DNA of 63,981 nucleotides, filler included, from Halocafeteria seosinensis (Eukaryota), in assembly GCA_001687465.1 (NCBI GenBank). It is 6 parts of 6 records of this genome, joined end to end, with 100 filler letters (N's around TTAATTAATTAA, not from the genome) between each part and the next. Parts side by side here need not be neighbours in the genome. Positions count along the whole stretch, not along the records: positions 1 to 28,735 come from LVLI01000105.1; 5 more parts are not named here. The stretch is one strand, 5' to 3'. Of the stretch, positions 13,925 through 25,968 are shown piece after piece. Made by a program: the position numbers and the translations under genes. Numbering within the stretch: the first letter of the stretch is position 1; every line of letters begins with the position of its first letter. Below the pieces are notes generated by a model. That model was not told where the DNA came from. It did not search any database and worked only from the letters and a program-made list of their open reading frames with translations.

Positions 13925-15266
13925 ATGGATTGTCAAAACCAATCAAGTGGCGTAAAAGTAGTTATAGTTGAAATGGAGAGTGAGCGAGGTAATCCCCATA
14001 CAGAGAGCGAGTGGGAGGAGAACTCGTCGTCCTCCTCCTCCTCCTCTTCTNCATTGTCTGCCTCGCCTTCGCCGCCGTTGACTTCCTCCTTGACCGGGAC
14101 TCTGCCAGACTCGGGCAGCACTTTAGGCGAGGGTTCCACGGCTACAGAGGATGTAGGGAAAAGACACGAAGGAGGAGATGCATTGCACTCTTCGTCGGAC
14201 ACGGAAATACCTTCTACACTTCGACTGTCCTCTTTCCCAAGAAGTAACCAGAACTCCTCGTCATCGTCAAGTCTCTTTGGAGGAAGTGGATCCACCACCA
14301 CTGCCGCTACAATGTTGCCCTCAGAGGAAGGTGCCCAATCTGGTATGCGCTCCTTGGATCCGAATTATATCCGAGAGCAGGTAGAGAGTGAATCATGGAG
14401 GAACAGCGCTGGCGGTGGTTCCACCAAACTCTACCAGTTCAACCCAGACGGAGGCCTTATCGAAGCTGAGGAGGGCTCAGACGCGTACGACTCGACCCTT
14501 CAAGGATTGCGCAAACTAGAGTCGGACAGGGATAGCGTGGGGGAAAGGACCAGCAAGCAGGAAACAACAGGTAAATTTGTCTGAGTCAGACTCGGTCCGT
14601 CGAACATTCTACCGTCATCACTTCTTCCAACTTGTTGTTCTATGCAGATGTATTTAGGGAGACATCTCTCCGATACCTCGGGTATGCCAATGAAGTCGGC
14701 GAATGTTTTCGTCCTCTTCTTCCGCGGTTGGTTGTATGTCCCCCACGTAAAGCCAAGGAAGCCTCTATGTTTCAAGTTATGGGTTCTATTTTGGATACTC
14801 CAGGTACCGTCGTATTTACTATCAACCGCGTATGTTCTTGGCGATACTGCGCACAAGACTATGGAAGCATATGACGTGAGTGTATATTGAGCGCTCTCTT
14901 TACTGCGGCACGCCCAACATTGGACGAATGAACGTATATATACCGCAGGAAACCAAGTCAAACTGCCAGAACAGAAAGAAATACGTGGCGGCACATGCAG
15001 TAGACACTTTATTATGGCAAGCATTTGCAAGCGTTATTGTACCCGGGTTCACCATTAATCGCGTGGTTAGAGTGGCTCAGATGTGCACTTCCAGGACTGT
15101 TATGCCTCCGGTCATGCATCGCTGGGCTCCCTCAGCGATTGGACTGGCTATCATACCAGTCATTGTGGAGCCGATTGATTACTGGATCCATCTTGTTATG
15201 GATCGAGTCGTTAGACCCCGTCTGGGGGTTCAACCGATTGTTCGCAAAGATCTGTCGTCCCCGTGA
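13925..15266 (+). CDS. MTFP1: Mitochondrial fission process protein 1 (MTP18) homologue, 4 exons, with a long Ser-rich N-terminal region
   Basis: DVFRETSLRYLGYANEVGECFRP, VPSYLLSTAYVLGD, DTLLWQAFASVIVPGFTINRVV and GLAIIPVIVEPID are split across exons separated by GT-AG introns (~14572-14647, ~14734-14803, ~14876-14949). Confidence 0.88.
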
Positions 15267-15291
15267 GCGAGTTGGCGGTGTATGTACAGAA

Positions 15292-16214
15292 TCAGTGGCA
15301 AGAGGCCTCCGTTTCCATTTGCTGTTGGCTCTTCATCAGTTCCGTCTCGCTTTCCTGTGGATTGGATTCGTAGCTGAAGATCAGCAAGCCAAGTCCTTCA
15401 CCCACACAAACGGCAATAAAGAGTCCCACATTGTATACTGCGAGCACACAATCCAGCTCAGTCCGTATACAGACAGGTAGTTGTTGATAGCATAGTATAA
15501 CAAGATCGATCACTTACACATAGCGATTAGCATATTTAGAAAAGCTATAGCTGTGATGATCGTATGCAGTAGGGCATCTGCGCATCGCAGTATTTTAGCA
15601 CAATAGACGGTGTGCGCCGACCACTGTAATCCGTAGGGTATTTGTGCAATCGTCTTGTCATCCAGCACTTGCGTGGACAAGGCTTGGAGCGCAACACCCC
15701 CTGAAACAGAGCTCGATTCGGACCCATTTTCGTGCTCATCTTGCTGCTTGCCTCCTCGCAGGGGCTCATTCAAGGAATTGCTGTGATCATGCCCCACCAC
15801 AACAGGTTGGTGCTTCGCCTCCTGGCCATGATTGACGTTCCCGTGGAAGCTAGATGACGAAGTATGCACCGCCGGACGGTACCGTGCTCCTGTGGTCGGT
15901 GCTATATCCGAGGGGTCCCATCCACCCCGGGTCGTAGCGCTGGAGAAGCGATTGTAGACGCCGTAGAGCTCATCATACCGCGCTTCCTTTCTCATGAGTG
16001 CCCGTGCTCTATGGGCTGCCGAACTCACGCGGCGTCTCCGGGCGGCCAAGAAATGCTTGAGTATCCCCAGGGCCACAGCAAAGACCAAAGCGCCGAAATA
16101 GGTCCCTGCATTGTGCGTCTGGAACCCCTTGAACAACACAGTCTCCTTGATGGACGAATGGAAGTACATGGACATCATCATGCCACCTCCGCCATCGTCA
16201 TCCATGGGCATCAT
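15292..16214 (-). CDS. Ctr (SLC31) copper transporter, 2 exons
   Basis: Met-rich N-terminus MMPM...MMMSMYF, VLFKGF, MxxxM motif (NMLIAM) and YNVGLFIAVCVGEGLG after an intron at ~15517-15438. Confidence 0.9.
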
Positions 16215-16929
16215 GGTGCCGTGTTATAGGCATGTATCATGCAACATGAAGACGAAAAAACAAAAAACAAATGACCACAGGACTCAAAGTCAATCAATCC
16301 AATCATAAGTCTGTAGACTACCGGTACTTGTAAAATGTGAGTAGCTCCCGCACTTAGAGTCGCAGGACTTAAAGCTGTACTGTACAGTGGTAGCTGGAAC
16401 TTACTTCCTAAGCGAAGCGAAGCGATACCTGCTCCGGTTTTATCCACGCGAGATTTGAAGTGCATGAATTTAAGTACAAGATAGTTCCATGTTTTCGATT
16501 TACACAAGTAGCGTGGGATATGTGTAATCAGTTTGCCTTGTTGTCTAAAGTTATGGATCAGTTCCAAGAGCTGACGCATTCATTTGTAGACTACATTGTA
16601 GTTTTAAACACCACGCGAAATGGAAACATAGTAAGCCGAGAACCGGGGCCTTCTTTGCAATCGATGCTAAAATTATCAACCAAACCAGTTCAAAGACTGA
16701 CCACATCGCCTCGCACGCGATCGCTGCTTGAAAGAGTCGTGTCGAGATGGTTACAGTGTAGTGTCGAATCGCCACTGCCCCTAATGCAGGACAACGCCGT
16801 CTCAACGCCCTGCGGGTCTGTTGACCACTTGATGACGGTAATACATGTAGAGGTACACGTTTTCCTCAGGTGGATCACTATACGCTTTCTCGCCGCGAAA
16901 AGCACTTCTCCAAGCAAACACATGCCAGC

Positions 16930-19307
16930 TCCATCTTGACCACCATATTGTTTCGCCAATACAGCGTTCCCTTTGTCTTCCAACTGTTTATTTTCTATTC
17001 GCAACTGTTTCTCTCCTTAACTGGATTGTTATCAAGCCGGTGTGTGACTAATGGCCGACCACGATATTGGACAGCATCTTCTACAGTTTTTTTGCCATCT
17101 TCGGATAACTGATTGGCAGGTGTTTCGTGAGAATAGAGTTTCTTATGCAAGAGTCGTTATCCAACTGGCTCTTCGTTTCAACCTTCGCTTTCACTGCCTG
17201 ATTGCATTTCTCAGCCTCATGGACCATCCGGTCCACCTCTGCTTTGCTCAGTCGCGCGTTCTCGTTGGTAATCCTGATCTAGTTCTGCTTGCCCACCGGC
17301 TCCGCCTTGGCCACCATACAGTGTCGTCAGTACAGGGTTCACCTTTACTTCCAACTGCTTACGCTTCTCTTCGTATTCTTCTTTCTCTTTGTCTTGGTTG
17401 TTGTCAAGCCAATCAATCGTCTCTTGAGCAGCATCTTTTACAGTCTTCTAGTCATCTTCGGACAGCTGGTTGGCAACTTTCTCATCTCGAATAGAGTTTC
17501 GAACAGAGAAAGCGTTGTTCTCCAATTGGTTCTTTGCTTCAACCTTCGCTTTCATTGCCTCGTCTTCAGCTTTGTACTTCTCTGCCTCTTGGACCATCCT
17601 CTTAACTTCTTCTTCGCTGAGTCGACCTTTTCCGTTTGTAATCGTGGTCTTGTTCTCCTTTCCGGTGCTCTTCTCAATGGCAATTACATGGAGAATGCCA
17701 GTCACGTCTACATCGAAGGTCACCTCAATCTGCGCAGTCTCAGTCGACATTCCTGTGAGATACAGTTTGCCCAAGAAATTGTTATCCTGGGTCATGGGCT
17801 GTTCTCCTTCGAATATCTGTAGCAGCGTATCTCCTTGAATATCGCAAGGCGCACGTATGGTGCTCGTCTTCATGCAAGGAATTGTAGTATGCCGTTCAAC
17901 CAGGACAGTCATCCGCCGATGCCCATCGTCGAAACCGAGAGAATAAGGAGCATTGAACAGAATAAGCATTCCGTCTAGTTTTCCACTGGTGTCACCTCCA
18001 CTAATTATTGTTGCTTCTATTGATGCTCCATCAACGACAGCTTTGTCATGGGAACCGCTCTCGGATATTATTTCTTTGTTGAAATAGTCTTTCAGCATCT
18101 GTTGAATCTTCGGGATGCGCGTGGATCCTCCAAGCAATACAATGTCGTCGACTTCATCTTTCGGTAATTGCGAGTCTCTCAGCATGCAATTGAGATTACG
18201 CAGAGCTAAATGAAAATGCTTCATGCACATTTGCTCAAAATTAGTGCGAGTGATAGAAGTGCGGTAGTCGATTCCTTCGAACAGAGAGTCGACCTCAATG
18301 CATGCCTCGTCAGTGAAGGTGAGAGGGCGTTTAGCTCCTTCGCAAGCGGCTCGAAGGCGGCAAAGCGCTACTTTGTTGTTTCGAACGTCCTTGCCGTATT
18401 TCCGTTTGATATCACAGATGCAATTCTCGACTAGCTCTGTATCCAAATCCGTGCTACCACCTCGCATATCTCCAACAGATGCTTGCTCCTCGAAGACTCC
18501 CGAATCTACGCCCACCAAAGAAGCATCCACAAAGCAGGCACCCATGTCGAAAGTCACAACATTAGTCATAACATTTCGTTCTCTTTGGCTTTCGTCGTAA
18601 TATCGAGGAAGGAGGGCTAGTACAGACTCTTTGCAACACCGCATCACGTCTAGACCCGCAACCCTCCCGGCAATTTCGATCGCTTGACGTTGCTGGTCAT
18701 TGAACGACTGCATGTGCGACATGCGAGGATATACCACAAGCTGTGTACACAAAAGCCCATGACTACGGGAAACGTACCGCTGGAACCGCAATGACGCAGC
18801 TGGTAATCACGTCTCCTAGGTAGTCTTCCGCCAGTTCTTTCAATTTCCGAAGAACCATTGCGCAGATCTCCTCAGGAAAAAAATACTTCGTCTCACCCAT
18901 GTACTGCACTTGTATTAATGGTCTATCCCTCTCGTTAGCGACAACTTTGAAAGGGTGATTCTTCATGTCCTCCTGGAAAGCAGGCTCACTGAAGTTGCGG
19001 CCAATCATTCGCTTGACGTCGAACACAGTGTTGGAAGGGTTCCTGGCGAGTTGCTCCTCCGCTGCCTCTCCAATCAATCTCCCTTCATCAGTGAAAGCGA
19101 CATACGAAGGCGTCTTACGGTTCCCCAGTTCATTGGGGATGACTTCCACATGGTCATGCTGCACCCTCACCGTGTTTGCGTGATAAGAATGAATTCAACC
19201 GGGATGATGATGATCCAAGCGGCACTCACCACCCATATTCCTACGCTCGAGTACCTACTACCGAAATCGATGCCGATCGCAGGGCATTTATTATCAGGGG
19301 GGCCCAT
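16930..19307 (-). pseudogene. Divergent, probably degenerate Hsp70 paralogue with an in-frame stop and a duplicated C-terminal lid segment
   Basis: Same two-intron layout as the neighbouring Hsp70. Core motifs are eroded: GIDFGSRYS, CCKESVLA for [16 protein letters not shown] for [12 protein letters not shown] at 17448-17450 replaces AAG. A second degraded ITNE..RLSK..EV.RMV.EAEK copy lies at ~17280-16930. Confidence 0.8.
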
Positions 19308-19980
19308 CTTTGCCTTGCTTGAGGGCACCAGTGCTGGAATGGAGTCACGATCCCGGGTGGGTGAGATGGACGTTCTTTCTTCTATGCGGGCCCTGGAACT
19401 TCTATATGTACGTGGTATAAGGAGCTTACAAGCTGAGGGGTGAATAATATAATTCAGGTAGACATGTGATGAACAATCTGTGTACAGTAGTTCACGCACG
19501 AAACAACCACAACCCCCCTTTGTTGCATGACGCAAGTCGAAACAAGTTTTCCGAATGATGAATGAAAATTCAATTTTGCTTGACGGAATTGGTGAAAATT
19601 ATCGTTATGCATTGCATTACATACCATGCACTGATGCACTTGACCTTCGAGACTTTCTACTGTCGATGCGCGTCATTTTTCTCACCGTGTCGCAAGGAGC
19701 CAGTCATTGGGTACAGGGGTTGCAGCGCAGCAGAAGTGCATCAAGTGGTGTGCAACCTGAGCTAGGTAAACTCCGTTCTTAAAGGAAGCGTCCCTAACTT
19801 TGGGGGGAACGTCCGTCACCAGTCACATTTCACCGTGTTGGCTTCTGCAGTGGCCAATATGGTACAATACTCAATATTGCATACCAGTTGTGTATTGGTT
19901 CGGACAGTAACTGAAATAGAGGGAAGAAGCAAGACTGCCAGTCTAAGTTGTTAGGAACCACCCTGAAGCGTGGTCCGAAA

Positions 19981-22394
19981 TTAGTCCACTTCCTCGACCT
20001 TAGGGCCTCCGCCACCACCTCCTGTGTCAGCACCGCCACCAGCGTCACCACCACCAGCACCGGGCATGCCACCACCTGGCATTCCACCTGGCATACCGCC
20101 AGCACCACCAGCTCCGCCTTGGCCACCATACAGTTTCGTCAATACAGGGTTCACCTTTTCCTCCAACTGCTTACGCTTCTCTTCGTATTCCTCTTTCTCT
20201 TTGTCCTGATTGTTGTCTAGCCAGTCAATTGTCTCTTGGACAGCATCTTCTACAGTCTTCTTGTCATCTTCGGACAGCTGGTTGGCAACTTTCTCATCCC
20301 GAATAGAGTTTCGGACAGAGAAAGCGTAGTTCTCCAATTGGTTCTTTGCTTCAACCTTCGCTTTCATTGCCTCGTCTTCAGCTTTGTACTTCTCTGCCTC
20401 TTGGACCATCCTCTCAACTTCTTCTTTGCTGAGTCGACCCTTCTCGTTGGTAATTGTGATCTTATTCTCCTTTCCGGTGCTCTTCTCCACGGCACTCACA
20501 TGGAGAATGCCATTCGCGTCTACGTCGAAGGTCACCTCAATTTGGGGAGTCCCACGCGGCATTGGCGGAATACCATCCAAGTGAAACTTGCCCAGTAGGT
20601 TGTTGTCTTTAGTCATGGCGCGTTCTCCCTCGAACACTTGGATCAAAACGCCTGGCTGATTATCCGAGTACGTGGAGAATGTTTGGGTCTTCTTGCAAGG
20701 GATGGTGGTATTCCGCTCGATCAAGGTAGTCATCACACCACCAGCCGTCTCCAAGCCGAGAGAAAGTGGAGCCACGTCGAGCAGCAAGAGGTCGTCCAGT
20801 TTGCCACCTTTATCTCCTCCAGTCAAAATGGCTGCCTGAATGGTTGCACCATATGCGACTGCCTCGTCGGGGTTAATGTTCTTGCAGGCTTCCTTTCCGT
20901 TGAAGTATTCCTCCAGCATGTTCTGGATCTTTGGGATACGAGTGGATCCACCGACCAATACGATTTCGTGGACTTTGTCCTTGGAAACTTCCGCGTCTTT
21001 CAAGACCTTATCAACGGGCTGCATCGTCTTGCGGAAGTACTCCATGCACATTTCTTCGAAACGAGCGCGAGTTACAGTGGTACTGTAGTCAATGCCCTCG
21101 AACAACGAGTCGATTTCGATGAAAGCCTGAGTGCTGGAAGAGAGCGTGCGCTTAGCTCGCTCACAAGCAGTGCGAAGACGGCGTACAGCTCGTAGGTTTC
21201 CTGTCATATCTTTCCGATGCTTCCGCTTAAAGTCTTGCATGCAGAATTCAACCAACTTGGTGTCGAAGTCTTCACCACCCAAATGGGTATCTCCCGCAGT
21301 TGCTTTGACCTCGAATATACCGCTGTCAAGAGACAGTAAGGACACATCGAAAGTGCCACCACCCAAGTCGAAAATCAGAACATTTCGTTCTCCTTCCTTC
21401 TTATCGAGCCCGTAAGCAATTGCAGCTGCTGTTGGCTCGTTAATGATGCGGAGAACCTCCATACCAGAAATCTTCCCGGCATCTTTCGTTGCCTGGCGCT
21501 GACCGTCGTTGAAATACTGCAGGTAGATAGCAAGAATAATCCCAAATAAAATGAAATGTTGTAGACTTCTTAATCAATGCCGGGCTGTACTTACAGCTGG
21601 CACCGTAATTACGCTTTGGTTGACAGAAGTTCCCAAGTAAGATTCAGCAATCTCTTTCATCTTCTGGAGTACCATCGATGAGATCTCCTCGGGAAGGAAG
21701 TACTTCGCCTCGCCTTTGTACTGAACTTGAATCTTGGGCTTATCATTGTCTCCAGCGACAACTTTGAAAGGCCAACTCTTCATGTCATTCTGGACGATCG
21801 GATCACTGAATTTGCGGCCAATCAATCGTTTAGCGTCGAACACGGTGTTCGACGGGTTCATGGCAGTCTGGTTCTTGGCCGCATCTCCGATCAATCGCTC
21901 TTGATCAGTGAATGCAACATACGACGGCGTCGTACGATTCCCTTGGTCGTTGGCAATGATCTCTACTCGATCATTCTGCATACAATCACGAAGAAGAAAT
22001 GCTTGGTAAAAAAGTTGAACTTGCCGAATTCAAATCCACAGCACCGGTACAGTCAAGCTCTCTTGGGAGGCTACCAGCTCATTCAACGCAACATTCAACG
22101 AATTGCTCCCGTATTGCCCACACTTGGGAAACAGCGAGGGTTAGCAAGAATGCCTCTCGCGTGTGTCATCCCTTCGTGAACCCTCGTAGAACGTGTGAGT
22201 CACACCTTCCCCGCGTAGAACATTCTACGATTCCACTCCGGCAACACGGCAGAATGGGCAAAATGGACTACAGGAAACATTGCATTAGTATTGCGTAGGA
22301 AACATACCTGCCATACACCTACGCAGGAGTAGGTGGTGCCCAAGTCAATGCCAACAGCAGGGCCTTCTTTCTTTCCTTCTCCTCCGCTCGACAT
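19981..22394 (-). CDS. HSP70: Cytosolic heat shock protein 70, 3 exons (22394-22308, 21975-21595, 21516-19981)
   Basis: [30 protein letters not shown] repeats and terminal GPKVEEVD; canonical GT-AG introns. Confidence 0.98.
22214..22229. promoter_or_regulatory. Candidate heat-shock element (nGAAnnTTCn) in Hsp70 intron 1; another GAAcgTTC at 22815-22822 upstream
   Basis: Near-palindromic CGTAGAACATTCTACG containing GAAnnTTC. Confidence 0.4.
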
Positions 22395-24014
22395 GATGAC
22401 GTATACAGGCTAGGTTATGCGAGAGAACAATTGAATATTTCGCAAACGAGGGAAAAAATCACTTGATTTTTATTTTGCTACAACGCAAACGCAAACGATT
22501 GGGAAAGATAGAAACACTTCCCTTCGATTATTTCTTCAAATTCGATACCGTGGTGCTTAGACTGCTTACCAATCCATTTCATTCACTTGAGAGTATCGGG
22601 CGAGGAGCTTCAATTCCTCCCTGGCAAGCTTCAAGCGATTCCAGATTCCGCACTGGAACCGACTTCCATTCCATTGTAGCATTGGTAGAGTCCATGAAGT
22701 ACTTGGCAACTGTACACAACAATTTCAAGATGCTGGTTTCCTTTGCATTCGGTGGAGTGACTGCTGGAATTCATGAAGCTGTGTATTAGATACAACGGGC
22801 ACAATCGAACAACCGAACGTTCCATTTCAGCCCGGTAGAACATTTTATTCTCCGGCCGCTTCTTCTCATTGCAGAACCCAAAACTCGAGCCACAACGGAG
22901 AACCACTAAAGAGATCATCATATTTACACTTGCTTTGACAGATATTTAATTGGGGAGCGACTCGTGCGCAGCAGCGAAGTTGTATGTGGATTCCGGTTCA
23001 CAGAATGCAATGCGCGATCCGCTTCAGTGCTTCGGGCCCATCAGTGGACACGCTAATCGGCTCCACCACATGCCGACAGAAAGCAGACGCCGATTCTTTC
23101 GTGTGCGCTCGAAATATGTTCGACTTTGAGTTTCCGACATGGAATGGGTGAACTCTTGTTAATGGCAGCTAGCATCCGTCGCGCCGATGATCCGGCTTTC
23201 CTGGGACAGGAACCCTGGGCCTCTATTTCGGGATTTCAGGATTGATCGTTTGCAAGAGATTTTGCGTCTGTGCCATACCCTGTCCGAAATCAGCTCAGAC
23301 TTGACTGGTCTGCCAGCCAGCAACAGTTCATGTCGTGCACTATGGGTATGTACTACCACCTGGAGTACTGGAGTGTAAGGTAGTCTACATGATACGTTTT
23401 CCGAAGACTGGAAGCGCCCATACAGTTCATGAACCAGTTAGTTACAGTAACTTACCTTGCTATGTCTACAATTGGGGTTTGTTGTAAACTGAAGAATCCG
23501 ATAACTGCGGGTAGACCACGAGAGCAGCATTGGAAACTCTTCAACATAGCGGTGCTATCCAGAAGGGAAACCGATGAGATTTCGAACTTCACATGGCTTT
23601 TTCTTGTCTTGTTGCTTGGAAGGATAAAGGAATCGTTTGTTTGCACTCATGTGATGTACCGAGCAGCGAGCTTCTATGGCGATGGCATGCGACGAAGGAG
23701 TACTTAGTAGTACTACTTACTACCGAATAGTTTTGTCCCACCTGTTGGAGGAGTATTGGCAACTTGTTCTGTACCAAAACACCGCAATGATAGTGAAGCC
23801 ACTTCACCGTTGATTATCAACATGGTCATGTTATACACATTGACAGAAACATACATGTAATACACGTCGATGTATGTAAGACTCTGGTACCACCTACTTT
23901 TGTTGAAGTTGAAGTCGTATTCTGTATAGTTTTGAACTGTACGTTCTGTACAGTTGTCCCAAATTTCTGCTGCAGGGGTAAGCTATAGGAAACTAACAAC
24001 AATATCCTCCCGAT

Positions 24015-24250
24015 CCTATTAAGTATTGAGCTGCTAGCGAGTCAAGTGGCTGTGTCGAGACGGGGGAGTAAGGACGAGACGGAATGGAACGTTCGGAAGA
24101 CGCGCATGGTGGTGAGGGGGAACGAGAGCCAGGAGAGAAGAGGGACGACGAACTGAGACGGATAGCACGTCTCGGGTGGAATCCGGATTCGAGAACAGCC
24201 GAAGCGCAAGCTACACGAATTGACTTATACGTGCAAGAGGAACTAACAAC
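24015..24250 (+). repeat. Dispersed repeat family A; reverse-complement copies at ~40660-40829 and ~56416-56596
   Basis: GTAAGGACGAGACGGAATGGAACGTT...GAACTGAGACGG...ATCCGGATTCGAG is shared by three copies. Confidence 0.85.
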
Positions 24251-25968
24251 AAAATCCTTCCAATCCTATTTAGCAATGAACTTCTCCTATGGGATGTGAC
24301 GGAAACATTGTTGTCGGTATTGTCAAAGACAACATCTTCCGTCTCCCTTTCCCATCTTCCTAAGGAGAAATCAGCGACAATATTCATGGTATCCCCCGAA
24401 CGCAAACAACCCAAACTAGGAAGCATGATAAGAAAACTTGTTCAAGAATTGAGAAGATTTAATTGAAAGGGCAAAAATTAGACTGTAAGTGTTGTTTGTT
24501 TCCCTGTATTTCTGCGCCGCGTATCCGTGCAACTTCGCCAGTCTACCGGAGCTCATGCACCTACAGCAGCTAATTTAGCATCCATCTGAAGGCATGATAC
24601 GATACCCATATGATGAAAAAGGGTGGGAACCGATTGTTACACACACAATCCGATGAGTATGGTGCTTTCTGACCGGTCTTCCGGGTCTCTCTCTTGGCTC
24701 TCGACTCGGGAAGTTACAAAAGGAATGCGCTGTTTTATTTCCCTTGTTTGCACTGCAATACAGCTAAGATAGACACACTACTGTATTTCATCTCAAACGA
24801 TTTGCCTTTCTTGGACACGGAGGTAGGGGTACATTACAATGTGATCACATCCCTCTTTTTTTGAGAGAAATGGCGTCGATACAGTATCATCCGCGTCGTC
24901 TACCACTGATTCTCTTGACCATATTCGCTACTGTGCTGGGAGTAGTAGAAGCACTACCTGCTCGTCCGCTCTTAACTAGCTTGTTCCACCAATGAACATA
25001 GTCGGTCATTATCCAGTGAAACCTTGGATAAAAGTCATTTTTCACTTCGAGGTGTGCCACACCGTGTGCGTTCGTCTCAGACGTGAGCAACCATTGGAAT
25101 GACCAAAGAACTTCACGTCACCGCACCACGTTAACCGCTGCAAGAAGATGCTTCATCGCAACTGCATCTTCCGGGAGACTTATACTCAGACACTGCAACA
25201 TTCTTCCCGTATTTTCAAGAAAGTAGTACAGTGTAGTCAAAAGAGAGCATCTTGTGGACCGTTCCTCCTCGTGACCACGAGCCAAACTGAACCGGCATCG
25301 GAAGACAATGGACATAGTTGCTACTAAACAAATAAGATGACGGCACGATACGAGCAGAGGAGGCAAACCGATGCAATCTCTGACGAGATCCACGCATTAG
25401 GAAAGTATTACACTGAGAAGAGAATCCTGGTGCGCGATTCGCTACCGATACGCATGGCTCACTGGATATCAAGCGAGGATGGACAGCAACGAAAGCAACC
25501 CCAATCAACGTCAGCGCCCATTGCAAGGTGAGCGAAAATGATATACGCTTTGTGGGTCGTGCCATGGTTACAGTATTAGTTTGAGAAAAGGCGATGAATC
25601 ACGCGCTACTTTTCCTTCGTTCTTTCTGCCTCTAGCAGTAGTGGGTGTCCAACGCCTTGGTATGGCTTGGGGAGAAAACATCAGTTTAATTAACGAGCAC
25701 CTCTTCCGGTTTCTGGGTTGTCCGTCAATGCTGTACTCTACACAACTTGGACAGTGTCACAGTCACAGTGAGTCAGTGACACATACTAGTACCACTAAGT
25801 ACCCGTTAGCCGAGGCTACGCAACAAAAGAGCGATCAAATCGAAGCAATCTCATCTGCATCGTGGTCAGTCATCAATGGTGGTCTGTTTAACAAGCGGAA
25901 AGTCAAACGGGATCTAGATCACCTCCGGTTAGGCTGCTTTCCATTCTCCAGGATGTCATGTACAGTAC

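Noticed and set aside
20024..22179. Plus-strand ORFs antisense to Hsp70
   Set aside because: Well-known antisense shadow ORFs of Hsp70 genes
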